From Octopus bimaculoides (Eukaryota): a stretch of 64,000 nucleotides of DNA. Below the pieces are notes generated by a model. It had not been told where the DNA came from, searched no databases, and was given only the letters and a program-made list of their open reading frames with translations. The stretch covers positions 25,968,502 through 26,032,501 of the forward strand of contig NC_068988.1 in assembly GCF_001194135.2 (NCBI RefSeq), in the 5' to 3' direction. Shown in pieces: positions 1 to 13,071 of this stretch. Numbering within the stretch: position 1 is the first letter of the stretch; every line of letters begins with the position of its first letter. The position numbers were made by a program, and so were the translations under genes.

Positions 1-42
<42 letters not shown>

Positions 43-747
43 CGTGATTTTTTTTATCAGTTCCGTTGTTGTTGCTATTGTTGTTTTATCTATGCTCAAT
101 AACTCTGCTTGTGTTGTTGATAGAAGCAAATTGGAATATTTCCATCAGAAACATTGTAGTGAAAAGGGAAGAATATTTTCAGAGAACAAAGGTTTATTGT
201 ATTGATATATTTAGAAAACGGACATAGGAATATATACTATGTCTCTGTTGGAACACACAGTCATCTATACGTATACACATACAGACATACACATACTAGC
301 AAACGGCGCAAATAGAATTACACGTATATCTTCACACAGAAATATAAATGCGTTAAGGAACATATATGAGTACACACACGCGCAAACACACACACACACT
401 CACACACACACATATATATATACATATACATATATTATGTCTAAATAGATAAACACAACACACCAAATGACAGATGAAGACGAATAGGGCGAGATGTATT
501 TTCATTAAACGTGAACTATATGTGAATAGTTTGTGTCTATATGTATAGAATGGTTCGTTTCTTTCAATAATAGAAAAGTTCATTTTCATTTCAGGCATAT
601 TATTTTAATTCTACATGTTATCATATATAAATAACAAGATTAACTAGCTGATATTGTCTGAGAATAATTTTTAGGAAGTTGTAAATTCGTTTCCATTCAT
701 TTACGTTTCTTCTGTATAAACTTATAATATTTAAATGAAGAGTATAT

Positions 748-1160
748 AGGCGTAAGAGTGGCTGTGTGGTAAGTAGCTTGCTTACCAACCACATGGTCCC
801 GGGTTCAGTCCCACTGCGTGGCATCTTGGGCAAATATCTTCTACTATAGCCTCGGGCCGACCAAAGCCTTGTGAGTGGATTTGGTAGACGGAAACTGAAA
901 GAAGCCCGTCGTATATATGTATATATATATATATGTATGTGTGTATGTGTTTGTGTGTCTGTGTTTGTCCCCCCAACATCGCTTGACAACCGATGCTGGT
1001 GTGCTTATGTCCCCGTAATTAGCGGTTCGGCAATAGAGACCGATAGAATAAGTACTAGGCTTCTATAAGAATAAGTCCTGGGGTCGATTTGCTCGACTAA
1101 AGGCGGTGCTCCAGCATGGCCACAGTCAAAAGACTGAAACAAGTAAAAGAGTAAAAGAGT
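748..1160 (+). mobile_element. Full-length tRNA-derived SINE, family A (internal TA/TG microsatellite, AAAAGAGT-type tail)
   Basis: A-box-like TGGCTGTGTGG (~759-769) and B-box-like GGGTTCAGTC (801-810). The tail repeats GTAAAAGA. A putative TSD AAGAGTATAT lies at 738-747 and 1155-1164. Homologous copies occur elsewhere in the window. Confidence 0.9.
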
Positions 1161-1435
1161 ATATTTAAATCAATAATATATTGAATTCAAAATTATAGTA
1201 TTTGCTCTCAAATGCGTGCACATTTACATAACTTCTTGAAGATATAACACCACGTTTATTTGAATGAATTTACATAGAATACTTAAGCCGAGAGGCCCAA
1301 GTTCCATCATGCCATCGGTCAATTCCTCTTCATATTCCTATGAATATCGTAAGTGCAGATTCTTCAGCCTCGTTCTTCGGATCTCCCATTAAAAAGTGCC
1401 GTGGGAAAAGATCAATTGAGGCTATGAATATTTTC

Positions 1436-1606
1436 TTATTTCATATTACTTTATCGCCCACAGAGGGGACAAACAAGGACACATTAAGGGATTAAGTCGA
1501 TTAGATCGACCCCAGTGCGTAACTGGTATTTAATTTATCGACCCCGAAAGGATCAATGGCAAAGTCGACCTCGGTGGGATTTGAACTCAGAACGTAAGAT
1601 TCACGG
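1436..1606 (-). mobile_element. SINE family B (Nin/Deu-like central domain), 5'-truncated
   Basis: Reverse complement reads GAGTTCAAATCCCACCGAGGTCGACTTTGCCATTGATCCTTTCGGGGTCGATAAATTAAATACCAG, matching many copies in the window. The resemblance to the Nin domain is from recalled consensus. Confidence 0.85.
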
Positions 1607-2228
1607 CGTTAATTGTAGGCTTGGAAAGAAACTTGTCGATGGCGATTTGACGTTTTCACATGCATCCTTTCTCCCATATGACAGCGTATTGAAGCTGGAG
1701 TATTTAATGACCCTTCGCCAGAAAAACTTGCTTGCTTCCGATTCGGTCGACTGCTCCCCATCATTCGTGAAAACCACTCTAGGATAGTTACATTTATCTC
1801 ATTGATTTCTGTAGGTTCTCTGAAATATAAAATGCTATGTTCCTCGATGAAACTATTTGAATGTTTCTTCTTATAACTCAAGTAATTTCCCTGCGTTCAG
1901 GTAAAAGATTATACGCGTGTATGCATTGTTTATTTGATTTCTCGTTTTTATATGGATATTATTATATTTCAGTAAAACAACTTCTTTTTATTTCATCAAG
2001 ACAGGTATGTTTTTCTCGGTTACCTATATATTTTTCATGCAAAATGTATCCATGAGAAATTGTTTGAATCACATAATTTAGCTTATGAATGATTCATGCT
2101 GGTGTTGTTTTAGCCAATATATGATCTGATCAGTAAGGATAAAATAATAGCAGTCCTACTGGCATCGACACCTCTATAAAACTACCATGATATGTGAGAG
2201 AAATCAGTTTTCTGTCTTTCTAACCCCA

Positions 2229-2398
<170 letters not shown>

Positions 2399-2852
2399 CT
2401 CACTATCTCTTCCTTATTCTCTGTGACAGCATTGTATGTTTCCATTAACTTCTTATCTACTTGAACGCCGAAGATGGTACCCCGACCTTAACTGCCATGT
2501 GTTTAACATTTTTGTTCATATTTATCACTACATTAAGTGTGATATTTGAACATATTTATTTGTTTTCCTTGTAAAATGTATTCCTGGTAAATGTTTGTGA
2601 GTTGATAATATCGCATGTCATCACATCAACTTTTAAATCGAGGTAGCGAAAGAAAACATTTCGATCTACTAAAAGTAGTAGCAATATCTCATTCGAGTTG
2701 TGATTAGCTCTCTAGACCACAGACTGCTTTCACAGCTGACCTGGTGGTAAACAGCAACTAAAACAAAAGCAGAGCTTAAATTCTATTAAATTGTATATAT
2801 AAAAATATATGCGTATGTCTGAGTGTATATATATAATTATTATTATTATAAT

Positions 2853-3083
2853 TAAGGGTATCTAAAAGATACCATCATGCTAGAGATAGCAGTCAAAATT
2901 TGACTCTAAAACCACATCAAGTATTCATAGACCACCAGGAGAAAAGACAAATACACAAATAAACTAGAAACAATTATTGAAGAATCTCAGATCTAGAATT
3001 CTGGCTCTGCATAAAAAAATGCTCTGCCTCATCAGTGGGATGACTGCTATCTTTAGCATGGTGGTATCTTTTACATAGCCTTA
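2853..3083. mobile_element. MITE with ~43-bp terminal inverted repeats
   Basis: Left end TAAGGGTATCTAAAAGATACCATCATGCTAGAGATAGCAGTCA versus reverse complement of right end TAAGGCTATGTAAAAGATACCACCATGCTAAAGATAGCAGTCA. The interior is non-coding. Confidence 0.8.
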
Positions 3084-3172
3084 TTTATAATTTTAATAAT
3101 AATTATCACCTATAAGGTTTTTATTCCAATGCTGGCCATTTGATATGATCGGTAATTTAACTATCTTATCTT

Positions 3173-3203
<31 letters not shown>

Positions 3204-5331
3204 GCTCACACACATGTATCTATATATGACGCTAATTATACTGTAATGGAAGAATTTATTGAATATATTACGCATCAACAGTTTCTGTGTATTTACAAAA
3301 GGAAACATGATGTCCATTATAGATTCAGATTTAGAAAAAGTAAACTTCTACTAATCAGTAGTAAATAATTTAAGGCATTATTAACGAGTAATATCCGCAC
3401 TGCAATAAAGTGACTATGTAAGATAACAATAAAACAGAAGGAAATTTATCTGCTACTAGGAAAATAAGTGTAAATTCGTGTTACAATTTACTTATGTAGT
3501 TATTAGGGAATTTTATACTGTCAAGAAATACATACTACCGCCATAGCTCATGTACTTAAACTTACGAAATAGGGCTTGAAGCTACAAAAAAAAAAAAAAA
3601 GAACGCATTCAACATGAAGTTCAAAAATTAAAATTTAGGAAAATATGTTTGAACAAGATACCGTCAAAACTAATAATAATTCACTTGGAGACAGGAGACT
3701 TATCAGATGTTGCTGACGTGTATTTAGAGAGTCCTGAAAAGGTACTAAACATATTATGTTCGATATATCTGGTGTGAAACACGCAAAATATAAATGATTT
3801 ATAGCATTCGCTCTCTTACACTGAAATTTATAGTTACTGCAGCGAGGATATTATGTATTGTGAAGTATTCAATGATATAATTACATTCTCAAAGACTCCT
3901 GAAACGGTGTCGTGTGAGTAAGATGGTAGATAAACAATTTAGATAATATGATTATTAAAAACAGATTCAATAGGTAGCATGAATACATCATCACACTAAG
4001 TTTGTGTTAAATATATTTCAAATATAACTATGAAAACGGCATTTACATTCATTTTTTTGAAGTATTTTAAATCATTTCTGCAAAAAAACGGTAAATGTAG
4101 ACGACACTTAAGTAGTACAATGTTCAATTTTATTTATGTGTGGACCTTAACGTGTTCTACAACAGGCATTAGTGGCAAAATACTTGAAATTATCCAGATC
4201 TATTCTTCGTGTTTGAATCTCTCAAAAGACAGCATACGAGCACTACGATAGCATATGCTATTGTTCTCTCTTCACATTGATCTTTAATTTAAAAGACAGA
4301 TATGTTGCACAATGAATCAGTCTTTAAATAATATATTTTGTAATATGCTGTTAAGGCTAAATACATTAAAAAATAAGATGAATTACAAAATAATTGAGAT
4401 TAGAAACATCTGTACTGAGAAGAAATGAAAGTGAATCAGAAGACAGTAAATACAATTTATATAAATAAAAAATTATATTAGTTATTTTTCTTTCCACATA
4501 ACAATAATGTTTAGTGTAACTAGAAATGGCAAGTAGAAAACATTGTTTGACGTCATTTCATTATGTCAACTGTCAGGTTACATGCTACGAAAGGCAATCG
4601 TTATAGATGCCATGTTTTGCAATATGGTAAATTAATGTCTGTTTTTAGTGAGATGAAGCTTTGATATTTAAGGTCGATGCAAACCGTGTAATAAGTAATG
4701 CTTATTCTAACAATTAGATTGGTTTGCAAACTGAATTAGTATAATGTATTCAAACATGAGAAGGTTTCTTAGAGATGATTATGTATTTACCAAACATATT
4801 ACATCTGCACATATATGGAAACACAAGCTTGTCTATTTAAACAGACAAGGTTTTCTATTCTGCTATAAGAACAACAACAACAAAAACGAGATAGTAATTG
4901 TAATTATATTGCTAAATTGTAACTTAAAACCAATCATCGCTACTTGGGTATAATTTATCAGCTAAATATTGTACCAATGCGCCCCGGTATTCCTATTGCT
5001 TGTACAAATATGTAAGCAATATGTATATACATATACATTTATATATGAGTAGGTACGTAAGAGTGTATGTACGAATGTAAATATGTATGCACTGTTTATC
5101 AACTACAACCGTCGGAAGCAGCACAATCGATATGGAGACATATTAATGTAAATATCCCTATTAAATTTAATACAACGTGACCTCAAGTTTTCTTGTTTAT
5201 ATTTAATTAGCAACATTTCGCAACATTCCGAATCGCTTTCATATAGAAAAATAATATGCTCGTGTATAGATTTCAGTACAATTCTATACAAACACATTAC
5301 AACATTTGTTATTTGATATATTCTTAATGAA

Positions 5332-5556
5332 GGACAGCGAGCTGGGAGAATCGTTTGCGTTCAGCGAGCTGGGAGAATAGTTCGCTTTACGTTCAGTGTT
5401 TAAAATCCGCCGAGGTCCACTTTGCCTTTCATCCTTTCAAGGTCGATTAAATAAGTACGAGTTACGCACTGGGATCAATGGAATCGACTTAAACCCTTTG
5501 TTCTTGTTTCTCCCCTCTATGTTTAGTCTCCTGTGGGCAATAAAGAAAGAAATATA
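5332..5556 (+). mobile_element. SINE family B copy (rearranged head)
   Basis: GCGAGCTGGGAGAAT occurs twice in the head, followed by the central GAGGTCCACTTTGCCTTTCATCCTTTC motif and the tail CTGTGGGCAATAAAGAAA. Confidence 0.85.
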
Positions 5557-5567
5557 TTCTTAATGAA

Positions 5568-5803
5568 AGGTGGCGAGCTGCAGACTCGTTAGCACTCCGG
5601 GCAAAATGTTTGGTGGTATTTCGTCTGCCGTTATATTCACAGTTCAAAACCCCACAAAGTCGACTTTGCCATTCAAATTTTGAGGTTGATTAAAAACGTA
5701 CTACTCACACACTGCGATCGATGTAATCTACTTAATCATTTTGTCAGTCCTTGTTTGTCCCCTCTATGTTTAGTCCCCTGTGGGCAATAAAGAAATAAAT
5801 AAT
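5568..5803 (+). mobile_element. SINE family B copy, head-to-tail with the previous copy
   Basis: GGCGAGCTGCAGACTCGTTAGCAC head, AGTTCAAA B-box remnant, GTCGACTTTGCC motif and the same tail. Confidence 0.85.
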
Positions 5804-6309
5804 TTCTTAATGAATTAGTGTGTCGTAAACTCTTAGTTAATATTTATTCGCACGCTGCGTAAACGCTGAGTATATTTTGTTGAAAATTATAATTATAGGT
5901 AGAGTCATTATGTGTGATCTATTACATCAAGTGTCTTTAACACGTCAAGCAGAAATAGGAACCACAGAAATAAAGAGCAGTAGAGATATTCTTTAACTTT
6001 CTTCTCTATATCTGTGTTTGTGTTTAATTGTGTGGCAATGTCAATATATGCGTATTCACGGTGGCATAGAGTATATGTAAAATATCTTTTATTCTACTAA
6101 ACATTTTCACTGTCTCACCAAGAAAGTCGTAACATAAAAGATTACAATAGTAAAACGAAAGAGGAAAAAAAAAACAGCACTGAGTTTAGTTGTAAAAATA
6201 TATCTCAGAACTACCAAGCGTCAAAGATTTTAGTCGATAAAGTAGAAGGTAACAAAGATGTCTACGTCTTCCATTCGTATGCAGACGCACGAATTCACAC
6301 TTCTTCAAC

Positions 6310-6345
<36 letters not shown>

Positions 6346-7389
6346 NNNNNNNNNNNNNNNNNNNNNNNNNNNNNNNNNNNNNNNNNNNNNNNNNNNNNNN
6401 NNNNNNNNNNNNNNNNNNNNNNNNNNNNNNNNNNNNNNNNNNNNNNNNNNNNNNNNNNNNNNNNNNNNNNNNNNNNNNNNNNNNNNNNNNNNNNNNNNNN
6501 NNNNNNNNNNNNNNNNNNNNNNNNNNNNNNNNNNNNNNNNNNNNNNNNNNNNNNNNNNNNNNNNNNNNNNNNNNNNNNNNNNNNNNNNNNNNNNNNNNNN
6601 NNNNNNNNNNNNNNNNNNNNNTATATACATATACACAAATCTATCTATTTATCTATCTACTTGCATGTTTAGCTATGTGTGTGTACGTGTGTGTATGCGT
6701 GCGCGCGTGCGAGAGTGTTTCCGCGTAAGTTTTTGTGTCAGAAATCAAAGATTAAATGATGTTTGTTTATCGTTACGTAAATGTCAGGAGAATATAAGTA
6801 AACAATGAAAAACAAAAAAATATATTTCCAAATAAACAGAAATTTTTACTCACATTAAACAAAAAATTTATCGTATTTATGCTCTAGCATTTCAAGTTTT
6901 TTTATTACGTTTTTTTGTGCGAATTTATTTGAGTGCATATATGTACGCATATTTGTGCATATATTTATATAAACACACATGTTCATACTCACATACAAAT
7001 ATATATCCATATATATTTTTTTCATTTGTACTTATATTTATTCAATAATATGTGTTTATAAACATATAGACGTATACATTCTCTGTTATAACAAAAATGA
7101 TGTACACAACTTCATTAAATTTTGCTGTACTAAATCATTGAGATCATTCACATCTCACGTCATCACATGATAAGAAAGGAAGAGTAGAAGATATAACAGT
7201 TATTTATCAAACATGAAAATCTGTCGGAAGTAAATCTTAGTGTTACCCGAATACATATGCATATATACATAAATGCACATAAATATATCAATTTTTATAT
7301 ACATATATACATGTGTGCCTGTGTGGGCGTGGGTGTGGGTGTGTGTGTATGTGTGTGTTTGTTTGTGTATATTATATGAACAAAATCTG

Positions 7390-7620
7390 GTGTAAGTACC
7401 TCAGAAAAGCTTTTTACCAAAATTACAATACCGTCTCCTGTAAACTCACTAAACAAATGCCTGCGAACTTTGAGTTAACTAAGAATGGCTTGACCTACAA
7501 CATTTCCGTTAAACACAGAAAGCTTCTGACCAACTAAGAATTCACCAAACAGATCATACAGTCAGAAGGGCGCTGCACTAACAATTTGTAATACATTCTT
7601 TTCCTGATCCTAACTGCATC
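7390..7620 (-). mobile_element. Decayed mariner transposase C-terminal fragment
   Basis: With frameshifts it reads APSDYDLFG-EFLVGQKLS...VGQAILS*LK...EFTGDGIVILVK. This resembles the mariner C-terminus (APSDxHLF...EFLxGQKF...V.QAV..WL...F..DGI..LV). Confidence 0.6.
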
Positions 7621-9516
7621 TCTTCTCAAAACATATCCCACAGCAATAGTTAGATGAAACGTAGACACCTTATTACTCTCTGAGCTGACTGTGCAGTTAG
7701 AAATGAAGGCAAATATATATTTCTCATTCGCCTCCAAGAATCCACCAACAAGATTAAAATAATTTACCGTTTGCTACAATACTAGAAGTATATTATTGAG
7801 TTACGCTATGAACCTTAATTTCGTAGATTATTTGAAAACAAATTATATAAGCAGGTATTTGAAGGTCAGTCCAAGATGAACCAGCAGCTGAATCAAGAGG
7901 ATAGAAATTAAGCTCGAAACAATAGGATACAATCCAACTTTATGGAAATTAGATTAATGCAACCATATGGCACCATACATGTTCAGATGAAAACATTCTT
8001 TCCTCAAACGAGAACATAGTACTATATGCCGAAGATTCAACATGCAAAACGAAACTGAAATACTTTAACCCCAGCAAAACCATATCATTGTGCAATATTA
8101 TTGAAAATATTATTGCGCAAGAAGTAAACTGGTGTAAAATTATACTTTACATATTGCTTATCGACTAGTCTTTCCCACTCACTTCCCCTCATGCCAAAGC
8201 GTTTGACAATTTTTAAAGCACAGCGTATGAAGAAAAATAAATGAAGATGCAAAGAGACAGATAAATTTTTCACTTTGTCTTCTTTTTCCTAAAGTTTTTG
8301 CGAGCATTGTAAGATCATAACAGATTTTCTAGTGAGCAAGTGTTAATTAAATCGCAATCCCTAAATGCTTGGTTTTGCAGTAGCATTTAGTGATATTCAA
8401 ATAATTAAGAGGGCTCCGAAACAGATGCTATAATCTTTCGATTTCAGTAATGTCTTCTGTAGAAGCAATATTGAAGACTGGGCAAAGTTAGTGCATGGAT
8501 CAAAAACTGCTTGGTAAGCCGAAAGAAAAAAAAAACATGGAATCCTCTTACGTCCAGTAAATGTCCTGAGGCGTAACCTACACAGTACTATTTTTGATAC
8601 GTTATCATATTCATAAGTGACATCTCAAACATAATGAGTAGCAGCAAAATCATTTTGCACTTTCAGAAGGTACTCATTGAGCGTAGAGAACTCGAGTGTG
8701 ATGAATCAGTTGTGATCCAATGAACAATATATAAGATATTTAAGAAAGAAATATTGAGTTCATGAACACTAGAAAAGAAAATTCACATACACAGCCACAT
8801 TCGGTATTGTCCGGTGTACAACACATTGACGTCAACAATTACAGCAGATATGTGTAACTGAAAGAGGAGAAGCCTGTTCGCACATATTAACTAAAATGTC
8901 GATTTGGCGCGCGCCCCAACTTAAGTCCTAAGATAATAGGAATTTTTCGCTCTAAATTTCCAGATGAATCATCCTTTGTTCCCCCCCACACACTTCTTTG
9001 GACATCTTAAAATAAGTCGTCCCCTGCATTTGTAAACAAACATGTACATGGTAAAAAAATACGCCAATCGTGATATCTCGTGGATATTTAATTGAATGTT
9101 GTCAATGGAGATTGACTAAGGTCGTCAGGGTTGACAGAACAATTTCATGCCAAAAAATAAAACACTCATATAATGATAGCGCTATTACAACAAATAAATG
9201 CTAAGATCTCTGTGGTCATAATAGTAATGACGAACTATATTTTTGTTTCATGGAATTGTCATATGAGATCTTTCAGATACTTTATGTGGATTAATATTAA
9301 ACTCTCTTTAGAAAATAAGCACGGGTACACATTTTGAAATTAATGATATATAAAAAGCGTTAACAAAATGAAATAGAAGGCCTCAACTCATCTGTAACCT
9401 AGATAGACTTAAAGGGACTAAGTGTAACTTCATTGCCAACGCCAGGTTGAATCTAAATAATCGGCTTAAACGGACCTTTTGAGCATGGTTAATGTGCTAA
9501 TATGTGTATGACTCTT

Positions 9517-9525
9517 TCTCTCTCC

Positions 9526-9567
<42 letters not shown>

Positions 9568-9624
9568 GCTCTCCTTCTCTCTCTCTCTCTCTCGCTCTCC
9601 TTCTCTCTCTCTCTCTATCTATGA

Positions 9625-9673
<49 letters not shown>

Positions 9674-9827
9674 GAGAGAGAGAAAGAGTAACATGGATGG
9701 GTACATACATATTATATACACTCAGTCCATATGTACACACTTGTGTGTATGTGTGAAGTTTTATAACTATATATGTATATATATAAATATATATTTGTGT
9801 GTTTGTGCGTATGTGTGTGTGTTTGTT

Positions 9828-9865
<38 letters not shown>

Positions 9866-9900
9866 TGTGTGTGTGTGCGCGCGCGCGCGTACGTATGTGC
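9517..9900. repeat. Compound microsatellite (CT)n-(TA)n-(TG)n-(CG)n
   Basis: Directly visible. It generates several spurious ORFs. Confidence 0.95.
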
Positions 9901-11379
9901 GTGTATAGGTGCATTGTGTGTACGAATATGTTTACAAACGAAAGGGAGCAGGAGAGAATTAGAGTACTGATATTTGTATAAGCAGCAATGAGCCAATATA
10001 TCGGGACATGTAATTGAAATATCTGCTAACACAAAACAACATTACATCTCCCTGTTATTTCTGTGTTCATCTTTATTTAAACAAGACCCTTTTTCCTCTT
10101 CTCAAAGCTTTCACTTACATTTCGTCCGACATTTACAGCAAATCTTTGTTTATGGCTGTTTGTATTTTTAACTTTATATCTTCACTTATTTATTACCATA
10201 TTACTTCGTGTATTTTGTACTTGTTAAGTCTTTATTTATTCCATTGTATTCTCGAAGTAGATTTCTGTGTCAAACAAAGGTTTCACCGTATTTCGCTAAT
10301 GATATTTTGCTTCAGGGAAGAAAAAAGACAATAATGTAAGAAATGAATCAATCATTTTCTTTTTATTCCATTTGTGATATAAAGAAATCTATATTATTAG
10401 CTGTTACTACGACATGTAAACCTATTACTAAGACATGTTAAACTGTCCTGAAACTTTTCCGATTTAACCATGTATATTTACTGAACTTATGTATAGTATT
10501 CATGTATTTACTCACTTCATGTGATATGTCACAAAACAAAACTTAAATCAGGTTTATTTATATTGACATAACTCATACCTGGATAGGTGGTGTCATTAAT
10601 TTGTCATCATCTATTTATGGCAATGATAGTTATCATTGATTAACATGACCTGTAAAAGAAAGTTCATTTTAAAAATATATGTATGTTGCTTTTAAATGGA
10701 ATTATGACATTATTCATCGATAAATAAGAATATTTTTCTTTGAAATAAACTACAGTAGTTTATGATATCTTACGTCAGTTATGCGTTAACATTTAGTGAT
10801 CTAGTATCTTATGTTATATATCATTGTATGTCATAATTAATATATTATATGCCACACAATGTATAATAAGACTCAAAAGTAGTTAATATCTAAATGTTCT
10901 ATGCAGAGATAAATAATTAAAATTGGAAAATATCTTGCTTTTCCGATATAATAAAAACTGCTCAATCTGTGCCAGGAAATTCGTGCCAGGTATTGATGAC
11001 TTGTTTGTTTTCATTTTGTATTGCATTCTTTCATATCCAGGGTTTTTATAAAGATATACTAGCCGTCTGTCCATTCATATTTATTATAATTATTTCACTG
11101 TAGAGGTAGTAGCTGTATAATTCCAAAAACATAAGACTTTATTGAGATTCACTCAAATTTTTTGTATTCTATCATAGAGTTATTCATATCTAATAGATAA
11201 ACTAATGTATTACTTAGCAAGTATGAACATGAAATACAAAATGATGGGACTGGTTTCATATTTAACGTTAGTCTTTTAATTAGTCAACAGAATATTGTTG
11301 TTAGCTAAATGTTAATAGTTTCTAATGTAGGCAGAATGCGATAAATTTTACCGAGGGACTTAAACGATAAAACGAATAA

Positions 11380-11670
11380 TTTTACTTTACTGATACTTTA
11401 TTTTATCAACATCCAAACTGATGAAGTGAATGTTAATCTAGGAGAAAACCCCACTCACAACGAAAAGAACCAGACGAAATACCTCAAGGAATTTCCCCGA
11501 TGTCCTAACGATTCTGGTATACCTTTCCCACCCTGACAGCCCATTAATAATTGTTTCTACATTAGACACAATAACAGAGGGTGGAGTCAGTTAATTACAT
11601 CAACCCTAATATTTATCGATTACAGTGGGTTGAAAAGCAAAGTTAATCTGGGCGGAATTTGAATTGTTTT
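11380..11670 (-). mobile_element. Highly degenerate SINE family B remnants (probably two)
   Basis: Residual motifs such as GACGAAATACC...CTAACGATTCTG and AAAGCAAAGTTAATCTGGGCGGAATTTGAA match the reverse complement of family B. Confidence 0.55.
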
Positions 11671-12000
11671 CACTTAAAACCTGTCGATAATATATGTCAT
11701 TTAGTAAACCATATACTATTCTAAAAGTATATTCTTACATTTCGTCAACAGAGTGTATCTTGTTCCCTTGGCTATCTACACGGGATATGGAAACCTTTCG
11801 GTAATTTAATTTTTATATCACTATTTACACTCATATTAATTTTGCGAATTTCCCCTGAAGACAAAAATATATTAAACTTTTAGCTTAACGATTTTTCATT
11901 TCAGGTACAGCTTTTGCAATTTTGTGTTATCGATCTCTACAGACATAAGTAATGTTGACGTCGGTAAATTTCGAATAGAGAACGTAAAATACCAACTCAC

Positions 12001-12061
12001 CAGCATCATCCATTTCCAGCTCTTTCGCTACAAACGCAGCATCTCTCACGAATTGATCCAT
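12001..12061 (-). CDS. Candidate coding exon MDQFVRDAAFVAKELEMDDA(G), or a 27-nt microexon at 12027-12001
   Basis: ATG in AATCATGG context, donor CTG|GTGAGT and an alternative acceptor TTTGTAG. Unique GC-enriched sequence. No homology recognised. Confidence 0.25.
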
Positions 12062-13004
12062 GATTATATAATGCATTAAAGCGGTTTAGTTGGAATGATA
12101 TGGATATTAGAGAGATCAAATATACTCCAGGCGTTACAATCCAATGTTTTATTGATATATATATATATATATAAATTTCGATGTTGCACAGGATTTGTAA
12201 TAATTCTATTTTGCTGGACCTTATATTTCTATCCTTACATATTTAACAAGTGTATGTACGTTTCTTCATTGACTCAAAATTGAGGTTTTATTTGAGTATA
12301 TATTCATATATGTATAGATATAGATATTACATGCATACACATACACACGCACAAATATACCTATGTATAAACATACAAACACACATATCCCTCTCTCTTT
12401 CTCACTCTCTCCCAATATATATATATAGGCATACATACATACATACATACTTACATACAGATTTATATGTTTATGTACGTGCGTGCGAGATGGTGTGTAG
12501 ATACGCGTACATGGAAGCATGATTTTATGAGTGAATGTGGGTAAAGGTCAAATGTGAACAAGTTACATTGTTTTCATTTGTCCAATCCGTCGCTTTATAG
12601 ATTTCGTAGTAATATAACTTATGATACTTGGTTCATATCCGATATTATTAGCACGTGTAAATTGTAGTTTTCTCAAGATTTGTACTTAACTACAAAACAA
12701 AACACAACGAAGAAAGAAAACATATAAATTTTGGATATAGGGTGGGAAATATTCACTTTCAATCTAGGACCGAATCGATGTATGTTGTGGTTGGACTGGA
12801 TAAATAAGTTATAGGAAAAATATTAGATGTAATAGTTTTGGACAGTAACGAAATAATTTCATTTCAGAAAATTTAAACGAAGTCCTGTTAATGTTAATAT
12901 CTCGATAGAGTAAATGCAACGAAAGGGATGTACATAATTAATTTATACAGGCATAAATTGAAACATATATGTATATGCGAGTATGTATAAACATACATAC
13001 GTAT

Positions 13005-13071
<67 letters not shown>

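Noticed and set aside
1620-1790. Faint mariner-like C-terminal residues on the minus strand
   Set aside because: Too many frameshifts are needed to call it.
2995-3035. Minus-strand CTGATGA-GGC...GCC inside the MITE (hammerhead-like)
   Set aside because: It is followed by AGAA rather than GAAA, with no stem I/III support.
6095-6330. ~75-codon ATG-less open frame running into (TA)n
   Set aside because: Open frames of this length are expected by chance in 64 kb over six frames, and no homology was recognised.
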